Source: an uncultured Segnochrobactrum sp. | Lineage (GTDB): Bacteria > Pseudomonadota > Alphaproteobacteria > Rhizobiales > Segnochrobactraceae | Direction of reading: 5' to 3' | Length of the DNA stretch: 59,343 nucleotides | Assembly (NCBI GenBank): GCA_964503995.1 | Contig: CAZDCR010000002.1 | Location: 1 to 59,343, forward strand | In this document: positions 46,200-55,996 of the stretch, in pieces | Position numbering within the stretch: position 1 is the stretch's first letter | Layout: the number at the start of each line of letters is the position of its first letter | Notes under the pieces: model-generated | Seen by the model: only the letters and a program-made list of their open reading frames with translations | The model's database searches: none | Told to the model about the DNA's origin: nothing | Made by a program: the position numbers and the translations under genes

Positions 46200-48149
46200 C
46201 TAGACTGTCGGCTCCGCCAGCACCACGATCGCCGCGCCCTGCGCAACCTGGGCCCCGACGGCACCACGCACCTCGGCCACGGTGCCGTCGCGCGGTGCGA
46301 CCACCGTGTGCTCCATCTTCATCGCCTCGACGGTGAACAGCGGCGCGCCGCGGGCCACCGTGTCGCCGCGGGCGACGCGCACCGCCAGCAGCCGGCCGTG
46401 CATCGGCGCCCGCACGACGCCGGAGCCCTCAAGGTCTTCCGCCGTGCGGGCGAGCTCGTCGACGAGGCGCACCGCCGCCGCCCGGCCGCCGTCGAGGGCG
46501 TAGGCGGCGTCGCCGGCGCGCACGAACGCCTCCGCCGCCACGCCGGCGCTGGAGGCGCGGCCGACGAAGGCCTCGACCGCGCCGTGGCCCCAGCGCAGCC
46601 GCGCCGTCTGCGGTGCCCCGCCGTCGACGGAGAAGCGGTAGCCGACCTCGCGCGCCGGGCCGAGGGCGAAGCCGTCGAGGGTCGACCACGGGTCGATCCA
46701 GCCGTCGGCGCGCGGCACCGGCGGCGGTACGCGGGTGGCGGCGACCAGCCGGACGACGGCCGCAGCGACGACGCCGTCTCCGACGCGGCCGCCGGCGATT
46801 GCCGGGCCGGCCCGTTCGACGAAGCCGGTGTCGACCCCGCCGGTGCGGACATCGGCATGGCCGACGACCGCGCGCAGGAAGGCGAGGTTCGACTTCGGCC
46901 CGGCAACCACCGTCCTCGACAGCGCTCCCGCCAGCCGGTCGAGCGCCTCGCGGCGGTCGGCGCCGTGGGCGATGATCTTGGCGATCATCGGGTCGTAGAA
47001 CGGCGCCACCGTGCCGCCCTCCTCGACGCCCGAATCGACCCGGATCCCCTCGCCTTCGGGCAGCCTGAGCACGTCGAGGCGGCCCGAGGACGGCAGGAAA
47101 CCGGCGTCCGGGTCCTCGGCGTACAGACGTACCTCGACGGCGTGGCCGTCGATCGGCGCCGCCTGTGACGGCAGCGGCTCGCCGGCGGCAACGCGCAACT
47201 GCCACTCGACCAGGTCGAAGCCGGTGATCGCCTCGGTGACCGGATGCTCCACCTGCAGGCGGGTGTTCATCTCCATGAACCAGAAGCCGTCCGGCCGAAG
47301 CCCCTTGGCGCCGTCGACGATGAACTCCACCGTGCCGGCGCCGACATAGCCGACCGCCTTCGCCGCAGCGACCGCGGCCGCCCCCATGGCGGCGCGCACC
47401 TCCGCCGTCATGCCCGGTGCCGACGCCTCCTCCAGCACCTTCTGGTGCCGGCGCTGGATCGAGCAGTCGCGCTCGTTCAGGTGAATGGTGTTGCCGTGGC
47501 TATCGGCGAACACCTGGAACTCGATATGCCGCGGGTCGCGGACGTAGCGCTCGACGAGCACCCGCGGGTCGCCGAAGGACGACTGCGCCTCGCGGCGGGC
47601 GGCGGCGAGCGCCTCGTCGAACTCGATCGCCCGGTCGACGCGGCGCATGCCCTTGCCGCCACCGCCGGCGACCGCCTTGATCAGCACCGGGTAGCCGATC
47701 TCATAGGCCTTCTGCTTCAAGAAATCCGGGTCCTGGCGCTCGCCGTGATAGCCCGGCACCACCGGTACTTTATTCTGCTCCATCAGCGCCTTGGCGCCGT
47801 CCTTCAGCCCCATGGCGCGGATCGCCGACGGCGGCGGGCCGACGAAGACGATGCCGGCGGCCGCGCACGCCTCGGCGAAGCCGGCGTTCTCCGACAGGAA
47901 ACCGTAGCCGGGATGGATGCACTCGGCGCCGGTCGAGCGCGCCGCGGCGAGGATGCGCTCGGCCGAAAGGTACGACTGCGCGGCCGGTGCCGGGCCGATC
48001 GGCACGGCGGTGTCGGCGAGGCGGACGTGTGGCGCCTCGGCGTCGGCGTCCGAGTAGACGGCGATCGTGCGCAGCCCCAGGCGGCGGGCGGTGCGGATGA
48101 TGCGGACGGCGATCTCGCCGCGGTTGGCGATGAGGATCGAACGGAACAC
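46200..48149 (-). CDS. Biotin-dependent acyl-CoA carboxylase alpha subunit (biotin carboxylase + BCCP; 3-methylcrotonyl-CoA carboxylase-like)
   Basis: ILIANRGEIA, HPGYGFLSEN, GGGGKGMR, RDCSIQRRHQK, EMNTRLQVEH, YDPMIAK, EAMKM. Confidence 0.93.
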   Translation of the reverse strand: MFRSILIANRGEIAVRIIRTARRLGLRTIAVYSDADAEAPHVRLADTAVPIGPAPAAQSYLSAERILAAARSTGAECIHPGYGFLSENAGFAEACAAAGIVFVGPPPSAIRAMGLKDGAKALMEQNKVPVVPGYHGERQDPDFLKQKAYEIGYPVLIKAVAGGGGKGMRRVDRAIEFDEALAAARREAQSSFGDPRVLVERYVRDPRHIEFQVFADSHGNTIHLNERDCSIQRRHQKVLEEASAPGMTAEVRAAMGAAAVAAAKAVGYVGAGTVEFIVDGAKGLRPDGFWFMEMNTRLQVEHPVTEAITGFDLVEWQLRVAAGEPLPSQAAPIDGHAVEVRLYAEDPDAGFLPSSGRLDVLRLPEGEGIRVDSGVEEGGTVAPFYDPMIAKIIAHGADRREALDRLAGALSRTVVAGPKSNLAFLRAVVGHADVRTGGVDTGFVERAGPAIAGGRVGDGVVAAAVVRLVAATRVPPPVPRADGWIDPWSTLDGFALGPAREVGYRFSVDGGAPQTARLRWGHGAVEAFVGRASSAGVAAEAFVRAGDAAYALDGGRAAAVRLVDELARTAEDLEGSGVVRAPMHGRLLAVRVARGDTVARGAPLFTVEAMKMEHTVVAPRDGTVAEVRGAVGAQVAQGAAIVVLAEPTV

Positions 48150-48323
48150 GGCGTCTCCCCTGGGCCGGACGGGCGCCCGGCGCACGCGCCGCGAGCCAGC
48201 GCGAAGAGCGTAGGCACGGACGTCGGCGGACGCGAGGATGGCACGGGGAGCGGGCGGAAGGCGAGAGTGGTGCGCGCAGGCCGGTTTGCTCCGCGCACAC
48301 CCGGCGGCCGCGGGCCGGCGGCG

Positions 48324-50639
48324 TCAGTGCAGGATCCGCGGTCCGTCGCCGGCGGGCGGTGTCGGCATGCCGTGCGGTCCGGCCTCTCCGAGCTCGACGT
48401 CGAGGCCGACGCGCGGTGCCGGCACGGCGAACACCGGCGCCCCGAACATCGGCGCGCCCTCGGCGAAGTCGAAGTCGCGCGCCGGGCGCGGCTGGGCGAA
48501 CAGGAAGCCCTGCAGGGCGGCGGCGCCGGTGGCGATCGCGACGCTGCGCTCGGCCTCCGTCTCGATCCCCTCGATGATGACGAACAGCCCCAGCGCCCGG
48601 CCGAGATCGGCGATGGCCGACAGGATCGCCGAACCGTTCGGGTCGCCGGAGACGTCGGTGACGAAGGCGCGGTCGATCTTGATGCCGTCGACCGGCAGCT
48701 CTCGCAGGCGCGACAGGCTCGAATAGCCGGTGCCGAAATCGTCGAGCATGATGCGCACGCCCATGCGGCGGAGCGCGGCCAGGACCTGCAGGGTCTCATT
48801 GTTCTCGCTGCCGAAGGCGTGCTCGGTCACCTCGATGCAGAGGCGTTCCGGCGCCAGGCCCGACAGCGCCAGCGCACTGCGGACGCCATCGACATAGGCG
48901 ATGTCGGCGAGCTCGGTCGGCGAGGCGTTGACGAACAGCCACGCCCCGTCCCAGGCGACCGCGTCGGCGCAGGCGCGGCGCAGCACGTAGGTGCCGAGGC
49001 GGACGATCTGGCCGTTCTCCTCGGCGAGCCGCACGAAGAACGGCGCCGGCACGTAGCCACGCTCGGGGTGGCGCCAGCGGGCGAGCGCCTCCATCGCCTG
49101 CACCCGGCCCGTGCCGGCGGTGACGATCGGCTGGTACCAGACCTCCAGCAGTCCGGCGTCGAGGGCGTGGGCAAGGTCGGCCTGCAGGCGCGACTGCAGG
49201 CGCATGGAATCCTCCATCGCCTGCTCGAACATCGTGTGGCGCCGGTCGCGGTCCTCCTTCGAGGCGTAGAGGGCGAGGTCGGCGCGGCGGAACAGGTCGT
49301 CCGCCCCGATCGAGCGGTCGAAGCTCACCGCCGTCCCGACCGAGCCGGCCACCGGCAGCCGGCGGATGCCGACGAACATCGGCTGGCACAGCGTCTCGCT
49401 GACGCGGATGCCGAAGGCCTGGGCCTCGGCGGCGGCCAGCACCGAGGTCTGCAGCACGACGAACTCGTCGCCGCCGAGCCGCGCGACGAGATCCTCCGGC
49501 CCGATCAGCCGTTCCAGGCGACGGCCGACCTCGACCAGAAGCTGGTCGCCGGCGCCGTGGCCGTGGGTGTCGTTGAAGGTCTTGAAGTCGTCGAGGTCGA
49601 CATAGTGGACGGCGACGCCGCGGCGGCCGTCCCGCGCCTCCAGGGCGGACTCGAGCCGCGCCTCCAGCAGCCGACGGTTCGCCAGGTCCGTCAGAGGATC
49701 GCGCTCCGCCATCCGGTCGATCTCCTCACGGCGGCGGGCGTCGGCGGTGGAGGCGGTGCCGAGCTTGAACAGCAGCAGCGCCGTCACCGCCGCGACGGCC
49801 GCCATCGCCACCACGGCGGTCGGCAGCACGTGGGTGCGGATCCAGTCGCCGGGGCGGTCCGGTCGCCAGGTGAGGAAGCCGAGCGCCGGTCCGCCGCCGC
49901 GTGCCGTCAGGGGCTCCACCGCCCAGCCCGACTCGTTCGGCGGCACGGGGCGCAGGTGGGCGCCGTTCAGCTGCAGGTCGCGGCCGATCTCACCGAGGAG
50001 GTCGGCGTCGAGGAAGGCGAGGCTCACCAGCACCGGGCGCTCGGCTGCGGCGAGGCCCGCTCCTATCGGAACGACGGCGGCGAGCGCCGGCCGGCCGTTC
50101 GAGACGACCACGTCGGCGGCACCGGCGACAGATGCCGCACCCGCGCCGGCGACGGCATCGTCGAGCGCAAGATCGGCGGCAGTCGGATCGCCGGCTCTGG
50201 TCGCCGTCCGGGCGGTGGCGACGAGGCTGTCGAGGGTGGCACGCAAAGGCTCGAAGGCGCCCGGCTCGATCATCTCGCCACCGTCGGAGCCGTAGACCGG
50301 CCGGCCGGTGCCATCGAGCAGGAAGACGAAGTCATGGCCGTGGCGGGCGCTGAGCCAGCGCCCGAGCCGCTCGTGCAGGCGGTCGCGCGCGGCTGGGTCG
50401 AGCGCCGCTGCGGCCGCCGCCTCACCGCCGATCGCGACCGTCTGCTCGCGGGTCATGTCCTCGAGACGGTCCTCGACGGCGGTGGCGAACAGCGACGCCT
50501 GGCGGGAGACTGCGTAGTCGTCGGAGAGCTGCGCCGCCCAGACGATGGCGAGCACGACCAGAAGCGCCGCGACGAGGACCGTTACGGCGACCGGCAGAAC
50601 GACAGGCAGGACGGCGTTTCTCGCCCCCACGGCGCTCAT
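48324..50639 (-). CDS. Membrane CHASE4-like/GGDEF/EAL c-di-GMP enzyme
   Basis: Two TMs; DPLTDLANR, RLGGDEF, EALARW, DDFGTGYSS, IEGIET, QGFLF all intact. Confidence 0.92.
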   Translation of the reverse strand: MSAVGARNAVLPVVLPVAVTVLVAALLVVLAIVWAAQLSDDYAVSRQASLFATAVEDRLEDMTREQTVAIGGEAAAAAALDPAARDRLHERLGRWLSARHGHDFVFLLDGTGRPVYGSDGGEMIEPGAFEPLRATLDSLVATARTATRAGDPTAADLALDDAVAGAGAASVAGAADVVVSNGRPALAAVVPIGAGLAAAERPVLVSLAFLDADLLGEIGRDLQLNGAHLRPVPPNESGWAVEPLTARGGGPALGFLTWRPDRPGDWIRTHVLPTAVVAMAAVAAVTALLLFKLGTASTADARRREEIDRMAERDPLTDLANRRLLEARLESALEARDGRRGVAVHYVDLDDFKTFNDTHGHGAGDQLLVEVGRRLERLIGPEDLVARLGGDEFVVLQTSVLAAAEAQAFGIRVSETLCQPMFVGIRRLPVAGSVGTAVSFDRSIGADDLFRRADLALYASKEDRDRRHTMFEQAMEDSMRLQSRLQADLAHALDAGLLEVWYQPIVTAGTGRVQAMEALARWRHPERGYVPAPFFVRLAEENGQIVRLGTYVLRRACADAVAWDGAWLFVNASPTELADIAYVDGVRSALALSGLAPERLCIEVTEHAFGSENNETLQVLAALRRMGVRIMLDDFGTGYSSLSRLRELPVDGIKIDRAFVTDVSGDPNGSAILSAIADLGRALGLFVIIEGIETEAERSVAIATGAAALQGFLFAQPRPARDFDFAEGAPMFGAPVFAVPAPRVGLDVELGEAGPHGMPTPPAGDGPRILH

Positions 50640-50779
50640 GCTTCCCCCAGCCCTCCGGCTCGAGCGACCGAGCCGACGGGATCCCCCCCGACCGAGCTAT
50701 CGCACGAAGCGGCCGTCGGCGCGGTTCACGATTCGTGGAGCATCCCGACGGATAGGCGACTCTTGCCCGTTGGTTAACA

Positions 50780-50843
50780 GAAAAAAGCCCCGGACGCGCG
50801 AGCGCCCGGGGCGAGAGGGAGATGAGGAAACCGCATTGGCAGC
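50780..50843 (-). ncRNA. Candidate EcfG-dependent sRNA (GsrN/suhB-like architecture)
   Basis: Lies between an EcfG promoter and a terminator; contains the C/U-rich tract GTTTCCTCATCTCCCTCTC; no plausible ORF. Confidence 0.65.
50781..50812 (-). terminator. Rho-independent terminator
   Basis: GCCCCGGGCGC-TCGC-GCGTCCGGGGC-TTTTTT. Confidence 0.85.
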
Positions 50844-50848
50844 TGAGG

Positions 50849-50873
50849 AACGGCGAGGTCGGGACATTGTTCC
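50849..50873 (-). promoter_or_regulatory. EcfG general-stress promoter
   Basis: Minus strand GGAAC-AATGTCCCGACCTCGC-CGTT (N16). Confidence 0.75.
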
Positions 50874-50939
50874 CGCACGCTCGGCTCACGTCGCCGTGAC
50901 CACACGACCGGAGCGGCGACGGCGTGCACCCGCGGAGCT

Positions 50940-52496
50940 CTAGGCGGTCGCGCGGATCGACTGGCCGAACCGGAAGACGTTATCGGGGTCGACCGCCTTC
51001 TTGATCTCGAGCAGCCGGGAGAAGTTGACGCCGTAGTACTGCCTGGCCCAGTCGCGCAGCGCCGGGTCGGGGAAGTTCTGGAACGCCCCCTCGCCGCAAT
51101 GCGGCAACATCGCCTCGTAGGTCTCGTCCAGCCAGTCGCGCGCGGCCGCGACGGCCCGGCGCCCGTCCTCCGCCTCGTAGGTGAACGACGTCGAGAACAG
51201 CCACTGGCTGCGGCGGTGGACGAAGGCGGTGTCACGCGCCCTGAGATCGTTCACCGCCTTGCCGGTCTGGAACAGCTTCAGCGACGCCGAGCCGCTGGTA
51301 CCCGGGAAGCGGCGGGCATGGCGGAAGGCGGTGTCGAGCGCGCTGGCGCCGAAGGGCTTTTCGACGAAGCGGGAGCGCTCCCGGTAGTGCTCGGGCGCCC
51401 CCTCCTCCGAGAGGAGCTTCTGGCCTTCCCAATAGGGCCCGGTCTGAATCGTCTGCTTCAGCGACGGCGCGACGGCGAAGACGGGCGCGAGGATGTCGCG
51501 CAGTTCGTCCCGCGGCCCGTGCAACTGGCCGAGCAGGTTGACGCGCACGTCGCGGCCGTCGCGCCGGTCCGCCGGCGTCACGGCGCGCAGCGAGATCTTC
51601 GAGCCGAGCCGGCGCGTCGCCCCCTGCAGCGTCGCGATCAGCGCCTCCGCCACCGCCTGCGGCTTGCGCGACCAGGTGATGTCAAAGGCGGTGATCTCGT
51701 CGACCGCGAAGGTTTCCACGACGAAGCGCGTGTTGATGCCGAAGTTGCCGCCGGCGCCGCCGCGGCACGCCCAGAACAGATCCGGCTGGTGGCGCTCACG
51801 TGCCGTGCGGATCTCGCCATCGGCCCCGACGACGTGGGTCTCCATCAGCTTGTCGGAGCCGATGCCGTTCAGCCGCATGTCGAAGCCGATGCCGCCACCG
51901 AGCAGGAAGCCCGCCACGCCGACGCCGTAGCAGCGGCCGTGGGTGATCGCCACGCTCTGCCGACCGAGCGCCGTGTAGATGTCACGGTTCTTCACGCCGG
52001 CGCCGACGGTGACGCGGCCCGACTTCGGGTCGAAGGAAATCTCGTCGAGGCCGCCGACGTCGATCATCAGCCCGTGCGTCGTCGAGTAGCCGGCGTAGTT
52101 GTGGCCACCGGCGCGGGCGACGAAGCGGATGTCGTGCTCGCGGCACCAGAGGATCGCCTTGGCGACGTCCTCCGGCGTGCGGCAGCGGGCGATGCCGGCC
52201 GGCAGGCGGTCGGCATAGGCGAGGTTGTTCGGCCGCGCGGTGGCCTTGAAGCCCTTGTCGCCTGGGCGCAGCAGCGAGCCGGAGAGGCTGCGGGCGAGGT
52301 GCTTCCAGGCGCGGTCGGAGACCTGCGGCGCCGCCGCGACGGGGCTCGCCCGGCCGAGGACGACGAACCCGCCGAGGGCGGCGGCACCGGCGAGGATGCC
52401 GCGGCGGGTGGTGCCCGCCGTGTCCGGTGCCGAAGGAGTGGCGGCGGTGTTGGCGATCGGACGGGGCGGCAGTGCAACGTCGGTATTGAAGGACAT
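50940..52496 (-). CDS. Tat-exported FAD-linked oxidase, berberine-bridge-enzyme family
   Basis: TRRGILAG Tat motif; RAGGHNY (His) and GRCYGVGVAG (Cys) suggest bicovalent FAD; LFWACRGGAGGNFG; C-terminal FQNFPD..YYG.N..RL.EIK..VDP.NVF. Confidence 0.9.
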   Translation of the reverse strand: MSFNTDVALPPRPIANTAATPSAPDTAGTTRRGILAGAAALGGFVVLGRASPVAAAPQVSDRAWKHLARSLSGSLLRPGDKGFKATARPNNLAYADRLPAGIARCRTPEDVAKAILWCREHDIRFVARAGGHNYAGYSTTHGLMIDVGGLDEISFDPKSGRVTVGAGVKNRDIYTALGRQSVAITHGRCYGVGVAGFLLGGGIGFDMRLNGIGSDKLMETHVVGADGEIRTARERHQPDLFWACRGGAGGNFGINTRFVVETFAVDEITAFDITWSRKPQAVAEALIATLQGATRRLGSKISLRAVTPADRRDGRDVRVNLLGQLHGPRDELRDILAPVFAVAPSLKQTIQTGPYWEGQKLLSEEGAPEHYRERSRFVEKPFGASALDTAFRHARRFPGTSGSASLKLFQTGKAVNDLRARDTAFVHRRSQWLFSTSFTYEAEDGRRAVAAARDWLDETYEAMLPHCGEGAFQNFPDPALRDWARQYYGVNFSRLLEIKKAVDPDNVFRFGQSIRATA

Positions 52497-52632
52497 GATG
52501 GCTCCGGCAGGTCTCCGGCCTCGGGCCGGACGCCGCACGATGGCACCGCCTCCGGCGAGCCGCAATCGTCGCCACTTGAGAGCCTTGCGCGAAGCCTGCG
52601 TGGACCGTGTGGTCGGAAGCGCTTCCTCCTGG

Positions 52633-53454
52633 TCAGTTCCGGCTGCCGCCGACCGCCTCCACCACGACGCGGACCGCGATCGTCTCGCCCTCGCCGCCCG
52701 TGCGGGCGCCGCGCAGCGGGGCGGCGCCGAGCCAGTCGAGGGCGGTGGCGACGCGCACGTGGGAATCCGCCGGGCAGACGCCGAGCGACGGGTCGAAGCC
52801 GATCCAGCCGATGCCCTCGACGTGGGCCTCCGCCCAGGCGTGGCCGGCATCGCTCTCGCGTGCGCCGGCATCGCTGTAGAGGTAGCCGGCAACGTAGCGG
52901 CACGGCGCACCGGCGGCCCGCGCCGCGGCGAGGAAGACGTGGGCGAGTTCCTGGGCGGTTCCGCCGCCGTCGGCGAAGATTTCGGCGGCGGCCCGCACCG
53001 GGGTGGCCGATGGCGGATCGCGGCGCAGACGCTCGTGCAGGCCGCGGTTCAGCGTGTGCAGCAGGTCGAGCGGGTCGTCCGTGCCAAAGGCGGTGGCGTG
53101 GGCGAAGTCGGCCAGCGCCTCGTCGGCGGTCGTCAGCGGCGTCTGCCGCAGGTAGACCGGCATCGGCAGCCGCTCGATGGCGCCGCGGACGATGCCGGCG
53201 GTGTCGTCCGAGCCGACCTCGCCGGACGCCGTGATGGTCAGCGCCTCCAGCGGACCCGTTGTGGAGAAGGTGTGTGCGCTGTTGCCGAACGGATCGTCGA
53301 TCGGTGTCAGCTGTCCGTCGGCCGAGAGGTCGAGCCGCCAGTCGGCGACGAATTGGCCGTTGTGGTTCTGCGGCGTCAGCCGCAGCACCTGGATCGCGCG
53401 CGCCACCGGCTGGGTGTAGCGATAGGTCGTCTCGTGGGTGATCCGAAGCCTCAT
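52633..53454 (-). CDS. Transglutaminase-like protein (bacterial N-terminal domain + core)
   Basis: MRLRITHETTYRY, DPFGN, RYVAGYL, HAWAE, WIGFDPS; the catalytic Cys motif reads GTAQELAH. Confidence 0.88.
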   Translation of the reverse strand: MRLRITHETTYRYTQPVARAIQVLRLTPQNHNGQFVADWRLDLSADGQLTPIDDPFGNSAHTFSTTGPLEALTITASGEVGSDDTAGIVRGAIERLPMPVYLRQTPLTTADEALADFAHATAFGTDDPLDLLHTLNRGLHERLRRDPPSATPVRAAAEIFADGGGTAQELAHVFLAAARAAGAPCRYVAGYLYSDAGARESDAGHAWAEAHVEGIGWIGFDPSLGVCPADSHVRVATALDWLGAAPLRGARTGGEGETIAVRVVVEAVGGSRN

Positions 53455-53485
53455 CGCCGCGCGCCCGTCCTTCCCGCCGCCCGCC

Positions 53486-54427
53486 TCAGACCAGATATTG
53501 CTCGGAGATCGCCTGTCCGAGCCGGTTGTTCTCGTCGATGAAGTCGACGAGGAAGGCGTGCATGCCGGTGGAAAACACGGTGGTGATCTCCATGCTCTCC
53601 AAGCGCGCATAGGAGGCGCGGGCGAGCCGCTGGCTCGGCCCCTGGCGACCGTAGGTGCGCGCCAGATAGTCGAGATGGCGCGCCGTGTTCTCATAGCAGT
53701 AGGTCAGCGAGCGCGGCATCTCCCGGCGCAGGATCAACAGGTCGGCGACGAGGCGCGGCCTGAGGCTCTCACGGTAGACCCAGTGGTAGGCGGTGAGCGC
53801 CGACACCGAGCGCAGGATCGCCGACCACTGGAAGTAGTCGAGACCGCCGCCGACCGACTGCCCCTCCGGCAGCAGGATGTGCGACTTCACGTCGAGGATG
53901 CGCGCCGTCGAATCCGCCCGCTCGAGGTAGACGCCGATGCGGAAGAAGTCGAAGGCATCGTTGCGCAGCATCGTCCGGTAGGCCGAGCCGTCGAAGCGCA
54001 GCGACGCCTCCTTCACGAAGGAGAGGAACTCGCCGAGGCGCGGGCGCGTCATCGTCGCCCCATCGAAGCGCTTCATCTCGAGCCAGGCGCCGTTGATCGC
54101 CTCCCACATCTCGATGGTGAGTGCCGTGCGGACGGCGCGCGCGTTGTGGCGGGCGATCTCCAGGCAGTTGCGGATGCTCGAGGGGTTGGCCTGCGAGAAG
54201 GCGAGGAAATCGACCACCGTCGCCTGCGTGGCCTCCTCGTAGAGGCTGCGGAACAGGTCTTCGGCGCCGGTGGCCGCCACCGCCGATTCCCACTCGTTGG
54301 AGCTGCCGCCGTAGCCGGCCGGCAGGGTCGCGAGCCTGAGCGCGGCGTCGAGGATGCGCGCGGTGTTCTCGGCCCGCTCGACGTAGCGGGCGAGCCAGTA
54401 GAGGGTGTCGGCGGTGCGGGAGAGCAT
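53486..54427 (-). CDS. Alpha-E domain protein (DUF403)
   Basis: MLSRTADTLYWLARYVERAENTAR, second ERAD..ARIL repeat, PRSL. Confidence 0.92.
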   Translation of the reverse strand: MLSRTADTLYWLARYVERAENTARILDAALRLATLPAGYGGSSNEWESAVAATGAEDLFRSLYEEATQATVVDFLAFSQANPSSIRNCLEIARHNARAVRTALTIEMWEAINGAWLEMKRFDGATMTRPRLGEFLSFVKEASLRFDGSAYRTMLRNDAFDFFRIGVYLERADSTARILDVKSHILLPEGQSVGGGLDYFQWSAILRSVSALTAYHWVYRESLRPRLVADLLILRREMPRSLTYCYENTARHLDYLARTYGRQGPSQRLARASYARLESMEITTVFSTGMHAFLVDFIDENNRLGQAISEQYLV

Positions 54428-54482
54428 CGGGGAGGCTTTCTCGGAAGGGAACGGCGCGGCGGCGGCGGACGACGGGGGCGCG

Positions 54483-55916
54483 TCAGTCGACGACCCAGGT
54501 GTCCTTGGTGCCGCCGCCCTGGCTCGAATTGACCACCAGCGATCCCTCCTTGAGGGCGACGCGGGTGAGGCCGCCGGGAACGATGCGCACGCGGTCGGAG
54601 CCGGTCAGCACGAACGGCCGGAGGTCGACGTGGCGCGGCGCCACGCCCTCCCCCACGAACGTCGGGCAGGTCGACAGCGCCAGCGTCGGCTGCGCGATGT
54701 AGTTGGTCGGGTGCGCCTTCACCTTGTCGCGGAAGGCGGCGATGGTGGCGGCGTCCGATTTCGGGCCGACCAGCATGCCGTAGCCGCCCGAGCCGGAGAC
54801 CTCCTTGACGACGAGGTCGGCCATGTTCTCGAGCACATAGGCGAGCGCGTCGGGCTCGCGACAGCGCCACGTCGGCACGTTCTGCAGGATCGGCTCCTCG
54901 CCGAGATAGAAGCGCACGATCTCCGGCATGTAGGTGTAGACGGCCTTGTCGTCGGCGACGCCGGTGCCGACGGCGTTGGCGAGGGCGATGTTGCCGGCCC
55001 GGTAGGCCGATAGCAGCCCCGGCACGCCCAGCACCGAATCGGGACGGAACACCAGCGGGTCGAGGAAGTCGTCGTCGAGGCGGCGGTAGAGCACGTCGAC
55101 GCGGCGGGGGCCCTGCGTCGTGCGCATGTAGACGACGTTCTCACTGACGAACAGGTCGCTGCCCTCGACCAGCTCGACGCCGAGCTTGTCGGCCAGGAAC
55201 GAGTGCTCGTAGTAGGCGCTGTTGAACGGGCCGGGGGTGAGTAGCGCCACGGTCGGGAAGCCGGGCGCCGAGGTCGGCGCAAGCGAGCGCAGCGTCGCCA
55301 GCAACTCGTCGGGATAGTTCTCGACCGGCGCGATGCGGTGCGTCTGGCAGAGATCCGGCAGGAGCCGCATCATCACCTCGCGGTTCTCCAGCATGTAGGA
55401 GACGCCGGAAGGCGTGCGGGCGTTGTCCTCGAGGACGTAGAAGGTGTCGGCGTCGACGCGGACGATGTCGATGCCGGCGATCGGCACGTAGACGCCGTGC
55501 GGCACCTCCACGCCCACCATCTCAGGCCGGTAGTAGGGGTTGCCGTAGACCAGGTCCTCGGGAATGACGCCGGCGCGGACGACCTCGCCCTTGCCGTAGA
55601 CGTCGCCGAGGAAGGCGTTGAGCGCCTTCACCCGCTGCACGAGGCCGGCCGACAGGCGGTCCCATTCGGCGCGGGTGAGAACGCGCGGCACGATGTCGAA
55701 CGGGATGATGCGCTCCTCGGCCTCCGCGTCGCCGTAGACGGAGAAGGTGATGCCGATGCGCCGGAACAGGAGCTCGGCCTCGTGCTGGCGGGCGCGCAGC
55801 TGCTCGACCTCCGTCTCGCCGATCCAGGCCTTCACCCGCTCGTAGCCCTGCCGCACATCGCCCTGCCCCACATCTCCACCGGAGCCGGTCATCTCGTCGA
55901 AGGCGCTCACCGTCAT
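54483..55916 (-). CDS. Circularly permuted type 2 ATP-grasp protein
   Basis: IPFDIVPR, VLEDNARTPSGVSY, NSAYYEH, GVADDK, GSGGYG, NSSQGGGTKDTWV. Confidence 0.93.
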   Translation of the reverse strand: MTVSAFDEMTGSGGDVGQGDVRQGYERVKAWIGETEVEQLRARQHEAELLFRRIGITFSVYGDAEAEERIIPFDIVPRVLTRAEWDRLSAGLVQRVKALNAFLGDVYGKGEVVRAGVIPEDLVYGNPYYRPEMVGVEVPHGVYVPIAGIDIVRVDADTFYVLEDNARTPSGVSYMLENREVMMRLLPDLCQTHRIAPVENYPDELLATLRSLAPTSAPGFPTVALLTPGPFNSAYYEHSFLADKLGVELVEGSDLFVSENVVYMRTTQGPRRVDVLYRRLDDDFLDPLVFRPDSVLGVPGLLSAYRAGNIALANAVGTGVADDKAVYTYMPEIVRFYLGEEPILQNVPTWRCREPDALAYVLENMADLVVKEVSGSGGYGMLVGPKSDAATIAAFRDKVKAHPTNYIAQPTLALSTCPTFVGEGVAPRHVDLRPFVLTGSDRVRIVPGGLTRVALKEGSLVVNSSQGGGTKDTWVVD

Positions 55917-55996
55917 CGTCCGTCCCGTCCCCTGCCCGCGCCGGCGGCGCGCCCCCGGATTTAACCGGGAAAGTGCGGCGCGCCGCAAGCGCCCCT

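Noticed and set aside
47244-50777. 1177-aa + strand ORF
   Set aside because: Antisense to the carboxylase and GGDEF-EAL genes; Arg/Gly/Ala-rich non-protein-like composition.
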